A DNA stretch of 64,000 bases, taken from Prorocentrum cordatum (lineage: Eukaryota). The notes below the pieces were generated by a model. It was given only the letters and a program-made list of their open reading frames with translations. It had not been told where the DNA came from and did not search any database. Where the stretch lies: the NCBI GenBank assembly GCA_963575745.1, contig CAUYUJ010000048.1, positions 124,001 through 188,000 of the forward strand. Reading direction: 5' to 3'. Made by a program: the position numbers and the translations under genes. The stretch's first letter is position 1, and each line of letters starts with the position of its first letter. Positions 1 through 12,914 of the stretch are shown here, piece after piece.

Positions 1-1159
1 CTGCATTCTGATGTTCTAGTTATATGCGATCAACCAAGGTTGACCTTCCTCACCGGGTGCCCTGAGGGCACCTACGTGGTCAATCTGGTCCGCTCCCGTT
101 CCTGCGGGCACCGTTGCGGCAGCCGTTTGGGGACCCCCTTACTTCCTTCCATCCGCCAATAGGGAGGGGTCCTGAGAGAAAGGGATCTCAAGTTTTTTGC
201 TGCTTTCGGCCTCCCTGGGGCCCTGTATGGATCGCCGGGGCAGTCAGGAGACGACTCGGGACGAAGAGCCCACCTTGGGGAAGACCCTGGGGTCAGGAGC
301 AGGCACGCCCACGAAGAAGGAGACCCGCGGAAGAAACATAAGCGCTCCAGAGCCTTCCCGAACGAGCGTTCCGGAACGCTCTCGGATGGCCCTGGAGCGC
401 TCTGGAGGAGCCGCGGCGCCCGAGGTGCACGCTCTGGACCCGCTGGTGCCTCAGAGCCTCCCGACCTGCCCCGCCCTGCAGTGCTGTGCCCCTTCTTGCC
501 TCCGTGCCGTGCTGCCGGGCCCGGTGCCCCCGAGTGCCCCCTCGCCCTCGAGGGCCCCTCCCCAGGTCTGCCTGTCTCCGCCGGCCTCTCCGCGCGGCTG
601 CCCGCGCGCTGCGTCCCGCGGGCTGTGCCCGAGAGACGCCACGCCCGTGCGGGCCCGCCCGTCGCACGCGGCGTCGCGTGCGCGCCGCCCGCGGAAGCAT
701 GTCGGTGGGCTGTTCGCTCGCCTCGGCCGCCCCCCAGGCTGCCCCCGCCGCGCCCCGCCCTGCTGCCCCTCGCCCCCCCTTCCCCTCGCCAGGAGCCGAG
801 AGCTCGAGCAGGGGATCGGCGGCAGAATGGAGGCTCACCCCAGAAAATGGAACCTCTCTCCGAACCCACCGAACAAAAATGTGCAGAGCATGGCCGCCGA
901 GTCCGAGAAAAGAGGACGCCTGCGTTGCAGACTCGATGAACACTCTAATTGGGGGTTGCATCCATCGGGAGGGAAAAAAATACACAGGCACGATGAATCG
1001 TCGATTCCCCAGAAAACATGCGGAAAATATGGGATTTGGGGGGGAAGACGAAAATCCCCCAAATATTGAATCTTATGAGGGATTCTGACAGTTGTGTGTG
1101 TATTGGAGAGGCCTGACGGCCGGTGCCGCCGACCCTGATCGAAAGGGCTAGGAGCGGGG

Positions 1160-1730
1160 GGAGGAAGCGGAGGAGGAGCAGTGAGGAGGAGGAGGAGGAG
1201 GAGGAGGGAGGAGGAGGAGAAGGAGGAGGGGGAGGAGGACGGAGGAGGAGGAGGAGAGAGGAGGAGGAGGAGGAGGAGGAGGAGGAGGAGGAGGAGGAGG
1301 AGGAGGAGGAGGAGGAGGAAGAGGAGGAGGAGGAGGAGGAGGAGGAGAGGAGGAGGAGAAGAGGAGGAGGAGGAGGAGGAGGAGGAGGGGAGAAGGAGGA
1401 GGGGGAGGGGGAGGGGGAGGGGAGGGGGAGGAGGAGGAGGAGGAGGGGGAGGAGGAGGAGGAGGAGGAGGAGGAGGAGGAGGAGGAGGGAGGAGGAGGAG
1501 GAGGAGGAGGAGGAGGAGGGGAGGAGGAGGAAGAGGAGGAGGAGGAGGAGGGAGGAGGAGGAGGAGGAGGAGAGGAGGAGGAGGAGGAGGAGGAGGAGGG
1601 GGAGGAGGACGGAGGAGGAGGAGGGGGAGGAGGATGGAGGAGGAGGAGGAGGAGGAGGACGGAGGAGGACGGAGGAGGCGGAGGAGGAGGAGGAGGAGGA
1701 GGAGGAGGAGGAGGAGGGGGAGGAGGAGGA
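1160..1730. repeat. (GGA)n microsatellite. Further GGA/TCC tracts at ~3065-3335, 22200-22580, 36825-36900, 45300-45410, 53330-53450, 54185-54270, 59305-59575
   Basis: Visible trinucleotide runs. Confidence 0.95.
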
Positions 1731-2137
1731 CAGTCGACGTCCTGCCCGCGGAGCGGCAGGCTGCGCGCCGCGCACGGCGCGGCGGTGGCCCCCCTGCGCG
1801 GGCGATCGCGGCCTGGAGCACGGCCGGCGTGGCCAGGCTCGGCCAGCCTCGGACGGCCTCGTCGTCCTCGCGCGGAGGGGCACCGATTCAGCGTCGATTC
1901 AGCTTAGGAGGGGCAAAAACACACAGACATAATCAATCGTCGATCCCCAGGAAAATGTCGCCGTTTCTGTCGCCGTGTTTGCCGCCGGTTCCGGCCAGTT
2001 CCAGAGCAGTTTTTTGGTGCCGTTTCTGGTCGCCGTTTTGTTTTACTTGGGTTCCACATTCAAAAGAAGTTTCTTCGAAAACGGTGGAAACACGGCCCTG
2101 CCGTCGGCGTCACCCCAACATAACTATACTATATTCA

Positions 2138-2292
2138 GGAGGGAAAAACACACAGACACAATTAATCGTCGACCCCCAGGAAAATATGGGAAAATATGGG
2201 AAGTGGGGGGGAAGACAGAAACCCAGAAAATATGGGAGAATATGGGGATTATCTTTATTTGTGTGTATTTATTTGTGTGTCCTGGGGCCCCT
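2138..2292 (+). mobile_element. ~155-bp TCA-flanked dispersed element, representative copy. Others: 967-1104 (diverged), 1906-1957 (5' part), 3510-3640 (diverged), 5030-5188, 22017-22180, 23469-23624, 27048-27201, 38077-38231, 54618-54772
   Basis: Consensus GGAGGGGAAAAAACACACAGACACAATTAATCGTCGAT..GAAAATATGGGAAGTGGGGGGAAGACA..TTTGTGTGTATTTATTTGTGTGTCCYRGGGCCCCT, with TCA on both flanks. Confidence 0.85.
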
Positions 2293-2929
2293 TCACGATT
2301 CAGCGTCGATTCAGCGTCGATGCAGCGTCTATTCAGCGCGGATCCAGCGTCGACTCGCAGGAGCCGGCAGGATGGTGCGGGAGGCTCCCGCAGCTGCACC
2401 CGAACAGGGGGGAGGGGGGACGGTTTCTGAGAAGCACCCCTGCTCACGTTGCACCTTCGGGGGGCCTCGCCTGTCCCCAGAATGGGTGTCTTCTCTTGTG
2501 CCCCACGCGGGCTCGATGCGGACTCGGCGCGCATTGGGCGTGGATTCGACGCGGATTCGACACGGATTCGACGCGGATGCGACGAGTCCGACATGGATTC
2601 GACACGGATTCGACGCGGATAGTGGCGCGGGGGAGGGAGGGAGGTTCGGTATTGCGCGCTGTCTTGCTTGCCATCCGCATCTCAACCATCACCGTCACGC
2701 CCGCCTCGTGTCCCATGCTTGCACGCCCTGACACCACGCACATCAGTACCACCAGCCAGGATGCGCCTGACCTATCACACCACGCCTATGGAGGGTCAAC
2801 CTTGGCAGAAGCTTGCCCCTGCCGCCTGCGAGCTACACCCCGCACTGCACCTCGTGCAGCTGCCTCCGCCGCTTCGAGAAGCGGCAGTCACTCGAGGAGC
2901 GCGCGTGGGGGTGCAGCTCACCCGGCCAG

Positions 2930-3001
2930 GTGGAGTTTCATCCCCGGCTGGTGCAGACGGAGCTCCTGGACTTCTGTGCGAAGCACGGCATCCAAGTCCA
3001 G
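2930..3001 (+). CDS. Aldo/keto reductase exon (first visible; upstream exons not found, probably before the window)
   Basis: cag|GTG...CAG|gc encodes VEFHPRLVQTELLDFCAKHGIQVQ. This matches the AKR (N)QVExHP..QxELLxFCxxHGIxVxAY segment. Phase 0 to 0, GC donor. Confidence 0.85.
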
Positions 3002-6000
3002 GCGCGTGCCGCGCGGCGCGCCCGCCTGCCTCGCTGGCGTCCACGGGGGCTCTGGGGCACATCCCCCCTCCTCCTCCCCCTCCTCCTCGTCCTCCACCCT
3101 CCTCCCCCTCCTCCGCCGTCCTCCTCCTCCTCCTCCTCCTCCTCTTCCTCCCCTCCTGGTCCTCCTCCCCCCCCTCCCTCCTTCCCTCCTCCTCCTCCGT
3201 TCCTCCTCCCCCCCCTCTCCTCCTCCTCCTCCTCCCTCTTCTTGCTTCTCCTCCTCCTCCTCCTCCTCCTCCTCCTCCTCCTCCTCATCGTTCGCCTCCT
3301 CCTCCTCCTTCCTCCTCCTCTTCCTCCTCCTTCCCCTTGTCTCAGCAGCGCGTCGTAATCCAGCAGTCTAGTATACCTTCACCGCCCTGGGTCAGCGCGC
3401 AGGCGGCAAAGGAGTGACACCACCGCCAGGCACGCCGCCATCACCCGCGTCCTTTCCCTCCGCCGGGCATGCTTCCACCAGCGTTTTCGTATCTGACGTT
3501 CTCTTGCCAGGAAGGGAAAACCCCACAGACGCACCTCATCGTTGATCCCCAGGGAACTATGACGAAAGTCCAGAAACTATGGAGCAATACGGGGAATCCG
3601 GGGCTTTGTGTATATTTATTTGTTTGTCCCTGGGCTCCTGTATCTTGCGCGCATCTCATCCGGCGTCCCCACTGCATTTTCTCGTCTGCCCCGTCTCTGA
3701 CACGGGCGCCTCGTGTGTCTCTGCACCCGCGCCGGGCACATGAATTGCGCTTCTATACATGTCGCCAGCGGCCTTTGCGCCACATTCCTATCCACACTTC
3801 CCGGGACAGCTCAACACCGTACTTCCGCTCTTCTCCCCTCCTCCTCGTCCCCTCCCACTGTTCCCGCGCCTCCCCCTCGCCTCCCGCCCCCCTCGCTGTT
3901 CCCCCCCCCTGTCAGCCCCTCGCCAGGGGACGCCGCCTCATTCTCCGCGTCCACCGACCCTGACCAGGCCCATCCTGGGTCCAGCATTAGGTCAGGCCTG
4001 TCCCCCTGCAGGGGGATTCGGCGCGACAACATGCAGAACACTCCACAAATACGCCCCTGAATGCCCGAACATACTAAAAGCAAATCCTGCCCAGACTGCT
4101 TTTTGACCATTTCCGAATACCCCCTCCTGCAGAGGGACAGGCCCGACCTGCGCCCAGCATCGGCGTGCCGCTTTCCCCCTCCCTGGCCAGGCCCGGGGGG
4201 GGCCTGGCCTGAGACCCGACGTTACGAAACACACGCAACACCGCACAAACAAAAACTCGATCCGAGCCCCGGGGCCCGAAGCATATCAGGAGCGAAAGAA
4301 GGACGTGCATGTACATGAGTCCACGCTGGTTTCGAGAGCACGCATTGCACAAATGTTCGTATCACGCGGCCGGTCTCGCGAATCGAGGGGCCGTGTTCAT
4401 GTACATAGCTGGGCGCGTACGTCCTTTGTGGGCTCCCTAGCATAGCGAAATCGCCCATCGTCAAAAGACTGCGACGCCGGGGTCTCATGGGTCCCGGCGG
4501 CGATGGCTCGGGCGTATAGCTCGCGTCCCTGCCGGCCGATCGGGGCGCTCCAGGCACCCCGCGAATGCCCCAGGCCAGGCCAGGACGGGACCGGCCGGCC
4601 CAGGCCCTGCGCCTCCTCCTCCTCCTCCTCCTCCTCCTCCTCCCCTTCCTGGCCAGGCCCGGGGGGGCCAGGACGGGACCGGCCGGCCAGGCCCTGCGCC
4701 GGCGGGTGCCAGCCGAGGCTAAAACGACGCGAAGATCGGGACAACGTCGGATCGGGATGACTCGAAATCTCTGAGAATCGGCGGGTTTGGAGGATGTGTT
4801 GGGCGCCGCGGCCGCTCCAGAGCGTTCCGGAACGCTCTGAGAGCGCTCCGGAACGCTCTGGAGCGATTTATCCCCATCGTAGCCCTGTTTTAGAGGCCGA
4901 GGCACCGGCCGCACGCCAGAGCGCGGCCCGCCCCGCCGGAGGGGGCCGCCATGGTGCGGAGGTCCGCAAGGGGGCCTCCGCTCGCCGGGCGCGGCGCGAC
5001 GGCGTGGCGTCTCGCGCGCTCGTGCTTGAGGAGGGGAAAAACACACAGAGGCAATTCATCGTCGACTCCCAGGAAAATATGCGAAAATATGGGGATTGGG
5101 GGGGAAGACAAAAACCCAGAAAAGATAAGGAAAATATGGGGAATCCTGTTATTTGTGTGTATTTATTTGTGTGTGTCCCAGGGCCCCTTCAGTGCTGGGG
5201 TTCCCCGCGGTCCCCCAGAGGCCGCGCACGCCATAGGACACTCTTGCCCAGGGGTCGCTCCTGCGTGCAGCCGAAGGCGCTGGTAGATTTCCACTACAAG
5301 GCGGGGAGTGCCGTGGTCAGTGTTGGAGGAGCGCGAGGGTTCCAGCCAGAGCTGGTGCGCGGGGTGGGTGGGGTGGGGGCGGGGGGGCAGACCCTTGTGC
5401 CCCTCGCCCTTGCATTTTTCTCTGCGCCGCCGGCACCGAACACCTGCTCCTGCGCGGAGGGAAGCAGCTGATGTCCTCCCGGCCTTCCACTCTCTCGCAT
5501 TCGCCTCATCCCTTTGGTAGCTTGGCTCTCCGCCCTCTCCCTCGCCACACCCCCTCTCCTTCGGCTTCGGCTTCGGCTTCGGCTGCGGGCGTGCCGCGGA
5601 GCGCTGTTGGGCTGGCCCACTCGAAGCGGTTCTCTGCTCGCATGGGTGCCTCCTTGCCTCCTTCATCCCCCTGGCTTTATGATGCTCCAACCTGCATTCG
5701 TCTTGACCACCAGACAGAATTTCGAGCACCAAGAAAGCACCGAAATAGAAGGGATGCCACGCGTCGGGCCCTGGGAGGCGATGCTCGCTCGACACTGTTT
5801 CGATACTTTTCTCTTCGGGTGCTCGAAATGATTCCTGGGATGTGGTCCTGAAGGACGATGGGAGCAACATCCCCCTGGCTGGACATTTCTACTCAGGAGC
5901 CCGGGGGGGGGGCCCTCGCGCCCGGCGCACCTCGCGCCGCAGCCCGAGCCACCGGGGGCCGCGCCAGGCGTCGGCGCCTGGGTCGGCTTCGGGCGGCGCG

Positions 6001-6728
6001 CCTCGATCATGCCCTCTCGACATCCGGAGGTGGCGTCTTGGCACACTGAAGCAGATGAGGTGCTCAACATTGTCATTGCTGGCCTTTGGCTCTGGCCGCT
6101 GTGCCACTGGGGAGGTGGCGCGGCATTCACCATCTGATCGTGGCCCACGGACACTGTGCGGCCAAAACCAAAGCCCTCGCAGCATCTGGTTCTGGAGCTG
6201 TGGGGGTGGCGGTTGAGGCCCCGTGGCTAGTGACGCATTGGAGCGGAGACGAAATGGCGACAAGGCAAAAACAATAAGCACTCTGGGGATTGTTACTCTC
6301 ATGCTCTTTTGCTTATTTGTGAACCTGTCTTGTCTATCTTGCACGCTTCTCTCAAGATCCACCCGTGGGAGGACACGCCCGATGTGAGCTCAGCGATGTT
6401 CTGAGCCTTTGGGCCGCCTTCGGGTCCTGAGGTCGAACGCCGACTCGGGACGAAGAGCCAGTCCCTGGACAGGGGACCGAGGAGATTTCAGGGGCCCGCG
6501 GACTTTCCAGAATCACGACGTCGAGTTTTTCGAGCGCAGAATCGCCCAGTTCGGGTTCCCCTTGCTCGGTAATATCCGCCGAGTATGTCAGAACCTTGTC
6601 GGCCCTCAGCGCACCGAGCTCCACATGCCGAAGGGCCTCTGTGGACAAAAATACGTCTGCGTTAGCACGCACGCCTTCTGAATGATCGGCCCTCCTCCCG
6701 CTCCTTCTGTCCCCCCATGCTTCGCCAG

Positions 6729-6804
6729 GCGTATGCCTCCCTGGGCTCTGGGGACGCGCGACAGACCGAGAGCTTCTTCGCCTTCCCGGAGGTGCAGGCA
6801 GCAG
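6729..6804 (+). CDS. Aldo/keto reductase exon
   Basis: cag|GCG TAT GCC TCC CTG GGC encodes AYASLGSGDARQTESFFAFPEVQAA (AKR AYSPLG-like motif). Ends G|ga (GA donor), phase 1. Confidence 0.8.
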
Positions 6805-7340
6805 GAGCCCGCCTTCACGGTCGTCGCGGCCGGCATCGGCGTCGCCGCCGTCGGCGTCGCCGTCGTCGTCGCCGTCGTCGTTCTCAGAGTCGTCGGCGTC
6901 GTCATGGTCGTTGCCGTCATCGTCGTTTCCGCCGTCATCGACGCCCGACTGCGTGTGTCTGCGTGGAGCATTCGCACACGACTTGCAGGCGGAGCGTTCG
7001 CGCACTCTCCCAGATCCGTCTGCCGCCAGGCGGGAGCGTTGAGGTGCAAGATGAGACGGAGGCGAGCCAAACAGCACCCGAGGCGAGCAGCACGCCCGCC
7101 CTGGTTAGATCGATAGAGCGTGAGACTTGAGTCCGCCGACGTTTGACATGCCCGTCCTCAACTCCGACGGTCCAGGTTTCGCGGAAGTTCTCTAGCGGGA
7201 GCTCGCGCCAGATTCTCGATTGGGTTTCGTCTTTTTTCTTGATGGCCCCGTCAGGCCAACCCTCGTCCCCCGAATCCGAGCCTTGTGTCTCCCCGATTGG
7301 CCCCCCCCCCCCCCCCCGCAAAAGAGACGCCGGCCTTCAG

Positions 7341-7434
7341 CTGCTGCGCACGGCGTGACTCCGGCGCAGGTCCTGCTGCGGTGGGCCACGCAGAAGGGCT
7401 GCCATGTGGTGCCCAAGTCCTCCAATCCGCAGAG
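7341..7434 (+). CDS. Aldo/keto reductase exon
   Basis: ttcag|CT GCT GCG CAC encodes [30 protein letters not shown](R), with the AKR TPAQVxLRW and xPKS NADPH-binding motifs. Ends AG|ga, phase 2. Confidence 0.9.
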
Positions 7435-7889
7435 GACCCGCTTCGCAGATGGCCGCCCGCGTGGCGGGTGACCTGTGTCGGGATACCCCCGGCATCGGCA
7501 TTGGTATTGGCCCGGCCATTCGCAAGCTCACCCTGTCACGGCTGGATTTGGTTCCAGATGGGGTCATTTCAGAAGGGGCTTCGCCTCAGAAGGATCGAAA
7601 GAATTGGCCTTCTCTTCCCCTGCGGAAGGTGACGGACGGCCGGCGGAAGCAACATGGGGGCGGTGACGCCAGGGGAAGGCTAGCGGAAGGCGGCAGAAGT
7701 AACAGATGCCCTCTTCCAAAAAACGTAAATGTTATGTTTCCGGAGTTTCTGGAGCGTCTCAGATGTTCGGACCGCAACGAGGGTAAACAAAACAAGTTGA
7801 GCAGACTCAAGGGTCCCATGCTACGAAGGCGTCGACGACAACGGCCGCGGCGGCGGCGACGACGCTGACGTGGGGGTCAGAGTCCTCAT

Positions 7890-8470
7890 GGATGCTTCTT
7901 GGGGTCTCTTGGGGGCGCTCTCGGGGGCCTCTGGGGGACAGTTTAGGGGCCTCTTGGGAGCCTCTTGGGGGCCTCTTGGGAGTCTCTTGGGGGCCTCTCG
8001 GGGCTTCCTGGGGGCCTCTTGGGGGCCTCTTAGAGCATCTTGGGGGCCTCTTGGGGGTCTCGTTGTTCCTCCTAGGAGCCTCTCGGGGCCGAGGGCTCGA
8101 AGTGTTCGTTCTGGTCCCTCGTATGGGCACCCTTTCGGAGCCGACTGGTGGGCTTCTTGTGCCTCTTGGAAACGTCTTGGGCCGTCTTGGGGCCCTCCTG
8201 GGCCGTCTTGGGGCGATCTGGGGGGCCTCTGGGGCCGTCTTGGAGCGTCGGGAAGCGGCAGATGCGAGAACGCCGAAATGCTCCAAAAACCAATGGGAAA
8301 TCAGTGATTGGAGTCTCCTGGAGGCCTCTTGGGGCGTCTTGCAGGGCTCTTGGGCCGTCTGGAGGCCGTCAAAACGTCTTGGACAGATCGTTCGGCGATT
8401 CGGGGCCCTCCTGGACCGTCTTGGGGGCCTCTTGGGGCACTCTTGACCCGTCTTGGAGCTTTTTGGGGCC
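7890..8470 (+). repeat. GGGGCCTCTTGG-rich dispersed repeat; inverted copy at ~14520-15200, direct copy at ~28200-28710
   Basis: Shared anchor GCCGTCTTGGAGCGTCGGGAA..GCGAGAAC in addition to the low-complexity units. Confidence 0.8.
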
Positions 8471-9808
8471 CCGGGACTCCCCTGGGGGGGGTCGTATCTG
8501 ACCTGGGACCCCCCCCGTGGGAGGGATCAAAGGGAAGGGACCTCCCTTGGAGTCAATTGCGACGTTGCTCGATTTCGCCTTGGCTGGCGCGCTCGAGGAG
8601 GAGGGCACAGGGAAGCGTGGGGGGGGAGCGGCGACGGGCCCGGTGCTTGAGGAGGAAGGCCCCGGGGAGGGGGAGGGGAGCGGCGACGGGCCCTGGGAAA
8701 GGGGCGACGACAGAGACGACGACGAACAAAGGACGGAGAGGACGACTCGAACGGACCAGCCCCTCACACACGCCAGCAGGGTCGGCGGATTTCCGATGGC
8801 TCGGCTTCGGAACTAGTCGCTGGCCCATCCAGTCCTCGCCACCTCCACAGAGGGGGCCTTCGTGCCGTCGATTTTGTTGACGGTCCTGGTGCCCCGGAGA
8901 GCAGCGGCATCGCCATAGGAGCGACGCAACACAAAACTGGGTCGTCTTCGCCGACGTTGGCGCGTAAGCCGCCCGCGTCAGGTCGCGCGTAAGCGCCCTC
9001 GTCTCCGCTGCAGCGTGCCGCGCCGGCGGCCCGCGTAAGCCACCGCGTGAGGTCGCCGTGGCATCTCGCGTAAGACCCGTTTGTGATCGCCGCGCATCTG
9101 ATTGTCCACCCCGTTTTTCTCTGAGCAGTTTGGGGGGGCGCGTCGGGGCCCCAGAGGTGCCCTACGGTTCGGTAGCAAATCATGGGGGCCTGGCGTGCCC
9201 TGTGAATTTTGTCTTCAGCGTCGATGAGCGTCGATTAGCGTCTGGGAGTCGATGGAATAGCGCCAATGTGGGGTCTTCTAGCGTCGATGTAGCGTCGATT
9301 TAGCGTCGATGAGCGTCGATACGCAAGAGCCGACAAGATGGTATGGGAGGACCCCAGCAGTGGCCACCGAGGAGTCAAGATTGGCACCGGGGGTCGAGGC
9401 CCACCCTGCGCCCTTCTGCCTCCCAAGAGGACGCCCAGAGGAGGGAGAGGCAGACACAGGCGCAAGCCGTCGCCGATGCCCGAGAAGATGGCGTTGAGTG
9501 GCTCCCACGGGTTGCCACCCGTCTGCGAGCCCCTTCGGCGCCCGCCCCCGCTCGGTCGCCCACGCGGGACTGCCAGCGGCCTCGGGCCCGCGCGGCTCCC
9601 GCCCACCGGGGGAAGAGCACACGCTCGGCGCCCTCCCGCGGGGGAGTTTGCGAGCGTGGCCCCCTCGGCGGAGCACGCCCCCGGTGGCGGCCGACGGGGA
9701 GCAGACGCCGGGCCGGGCTCGGAAGTAGAGGCAAGCAAGGAGCGGCCCCGGGCGGAGCACCTCCGAGGTGGTGGGGGGCGGGATCTCCCCCACCCCCTGG
9801 GAGCGGTT

Positions 9809-10005
9809 GCGAGCGAGGTGGGGAAGACGAGAAGGAGAGGGCCTTCTCAGAAGGCGGCGGGGCTGCTCAGAAGCCCTCGCGCCTTTCGAGAATTTGTTGT
9901 TCGTCTTCGCGGGAGGCTCAGAATACTTCCCGGAAGGCCGAGGGGACTTCTTAGCCTTCTGAGAAGGCCTTCGCCTTCACCTTCTCACTTCCCCCCCTCG
10001 CTCGC
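9809..10005. mobile_element. MITE-like inverted-repeat element
   Basis: GCGAGCGAGG..GGGGAAG..GGCCTTCTCAGAAGGC versus GCCTTCTGAGAAGGCC..CTTCCCCCCCTCGCTCGC. Confidence 0.55.
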
Positions 10006-11568
10006 CGCCGACTGGAGGCCCCCCACCTCAGGCTCGAGGGGCCCTGCATGTACACGCAGCGCCCAGGAGTTCCTGGAATGCGGCCCATAAGCTAGCTGGT
10101 CGAGAACCCAGAAGCGTCACAGATATGAACTTTCGGAGGTCCGCGCAGATTTCTTGGCTTGTCGCTGGACCCCCGCTTCACACCGGTTCCACTTTGTGTT
10201 TATGTTTCTCTGTTTCTTGGCTCACCAGTTGGAGGACTCGAGATCCACACCGTTTGTTTCCAGGCTGTTCAAGATGTTTTATGTATGTTTTTTTGATGTT
10301 CTTTTATGAGTAGCGCTAGCCATCTCAGTCACTCGGGACTGCCCAAGGGGGCGGGGGCATGCCCTTGCGATTGAAGCTGAAGCCTTTTGCGTTTCAGGTT
10401 CAAGCCTGCTCCCACAAGGTAGACGTAATGATCCGGCTGGTGTTCATTCGTAACGGCAAGACGGAATTTTGGAGTGGTGGGCCCCTCTTTGTTGACGACA
10501 AGTTGGCATTTAGAGGAGTGCGAAGCCGCGGCAGCTCTTTCTCAGAAGTTGCGTCCTGTCGTGGCTTCCAACCACGAAATGCAAAAGAATGCGAAGCGCC
10601 ACTGCGGACGCCAGGTCACGGCGCTGCGACCCGTCTTTGCAGAGCTGTGGCTCGACTGGCGATGGATAGCGCTGGAGCCCGCCGAGCGGTGCTGGCCCGA
10701 GCTCTCAGGTGATGTCAGAGATACTTTCCTCCTCCTCCTCCTCCTCCTCCTCCTCCTCCTCCTTTCTGGCGCATCACAGCGTGGAACGCATGCTGCGGGC
10801 ATAAAAAGGCCTCACGGCCGGTACCGCCGACCCTGGAGAAGACGACGACGACGAGGACGAGGAGGAGGGGGCGGAGGAGGAAGAGCAGGAGGACCCTCCA
10901 GGGTCCTCTGGAGAGCTTCCCCGCAAGTGACCTCCAAGACACTCCGGAGGGGAGTCGCATCCGACCTGGGACCCCTGGCCCCCCAGGATCCCCCACCCGG
11001 GACCTCCCCTGGGACCCCCCCGCCCGGGACCGGACCGGGAACCTCCCCTCCTCTCGGCGGTAATCCCTTCGAGTCATTCTACTACGACGTTGCTCAATTA
11101 CGCGTTGGCTGGCGCGCTTGCGGACGAGGGCCCAGGCATGCAGGGAGGCCTGGCGACGGGAACAGGGAAAAGGAGAGCGCAAGGAAAGAGGACGACAGCG
11201 ACGGCGAGTAACGAATGACGGCGACGACGACTTGAACGCAAAAAAATAACCCACACGCCGACGGGGTCGGCGGATGACGGGAAGCGCCTTCTCGGAACGA
11301 GAAGGTGATGGGAGTTATCTAGCATTTCTAAGTGAGGTATCAATACAGAACAAACTCGCGAGGGACAACTGACTCCCGATTGTAAATGTTGATACGTTGG
11401 CGGATGACGGGAAGCGCCTCCGGCGTGCACCGTTGGTTCAGGGGCTTACTTTTCTCTAACTAAGGGGTACCGATCGCATCCCGCACCTCGCTGGCGGATT
11501 CCGGGAAATGACGGGAAGCGTCTTCGAGGTACGAGAAGCAAGCGGGACGTTCTGGCTGAATCCTTGAG

Positions 11569-11603
<35 letters not shown>

Positions 11604-11923
11604 TTATATCTATGGGTTGCGCGGCCGCACGGGATCATTCGTTGGCGGATTCCCCAACATGGCCATTTCGCTCGAGACATCCTCGAAAAATCGAGGTGTT
11701 GGAGGCTATCGTTTAAGACGTCTTATGTTAAAAATGACGGTTTCGCTCGAGACATCCTCAAAAAATCGGGATGTTGAAAAATATCAAAAATTTTTGTTAT
11801 GCATGAAAAATGAGCGTTTCGCTCGAGACATCCTCGAACAAATGAGATGCCGACAGAGGTGTTTTACAACCTCTTATGTTAAAAATGACGTTTTCGCTCG
11901 GGACGTCCTCAGAAAATGAGCAG

Positions 11924-12912
11924 GTGGTCTGCCGTGCTCCTGTGTGGAGCACGGCAGACCACGAGCATTTCGCTGGGGACATCCTCCTAAAATCGAGGTG
12001 TGGTCTGCCGTGCTCCTGTGTGGTCTGCCGTGCTCCTGTGGTCTGCCGTGCTCCCCACAGGAGCACGGCAGACCGCGCGCAGGAACCGAGAGGAGCACGG
12101 CAGACCAAGACGAGGAGCACGGCAGACCAGGCACCAAGAGCGCCCTCAAGACGACGGAAAGGATGACCAAGACGAGGAGCACGGCAGACCAAGACGAGGA
12201 GCACGGCAGACTATGCCCTAAGAGTGCCCTCAAGACGGCCGAACAATATCCTCGAAAAAATGAGATGCCGACAGAGGTGTTTTACAACCTCTTATGTTAA
12301 CAATGACGTTTTCGCTAGGGACGTCCTCAGAAAATGAGCAGGAGCACGGCAGGCGGAAAAAAAGGAGCACGGCAGACCCCATAGGAGCACGGCAAACCAC
12401 AGAAGAGCACGGCAGACCAACAGGAGCACGGCAGACCACACAAGAGCACGGCAGGCCACACAGGAGCACGGCAGACCACACAGGAGCACGGCAGACCACA
12501 AAGGAGCACGGCAGACCACACAAGAGCACGGCAGACCCCACAAGAGCACGGCAGACCCCACAGGAGCACGGCAGACCCCACAGGAGCACGGCAGAGCAGA
12601 CCCAAAAGGAGCACGGCAGACCACACAGGAGCAAGGCAAACCACAGGAGCACGGCAGACCACACAGGAGCACGGCAGACCCCACACAGAAGCACGGCAAT
12701 CCCCACAGGAGCACGGCAGACCGCGCGCAGGTACAACATAAACGCGCCTTTTGTTGTACCCCGAACGCCGCTGGCGTTTCCCCCACAGGAGCACGGCAGA
12801 CCCCACAAGCTCGCGGGAAACCCCAAATGAGCACGGCAGACCACAGGAGCACGGCAGACCACACAGGAGCACGGCAGACGCCACAGGAGCACGGCAGACC
12901 GCGCAGGAGCAC
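11924..12912. repeat. ~20-bp minisatellite GGAGCACGGCAGACCACACA; second block at ~14005-14385
   Basis: Dozens of copies. Mostly reverse orientation before ~12055 and forward after. Confidence 0.95.
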
Positions 12913-12914
12913 GG

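Noticed and set aside
20..45. YAINQ as the AKR exon preceding VEFHP
   Set aside because: The GT donor is in the wrong phase and there is no upstream GVSN motif.
835..2731. Long poly-E/G/R/P/L ORFs
   Set aside because: They are translations of the (GGA)n microsatellite, open in most frames.
10315..10410. Possible SL relics (TAGCCAT, GCCTTTTGCGTTTCAG, GTTCAAG) before a protein-like stretch at ~10410-10710
   Set aside because: The matches are too weak and not in 15-nt register.
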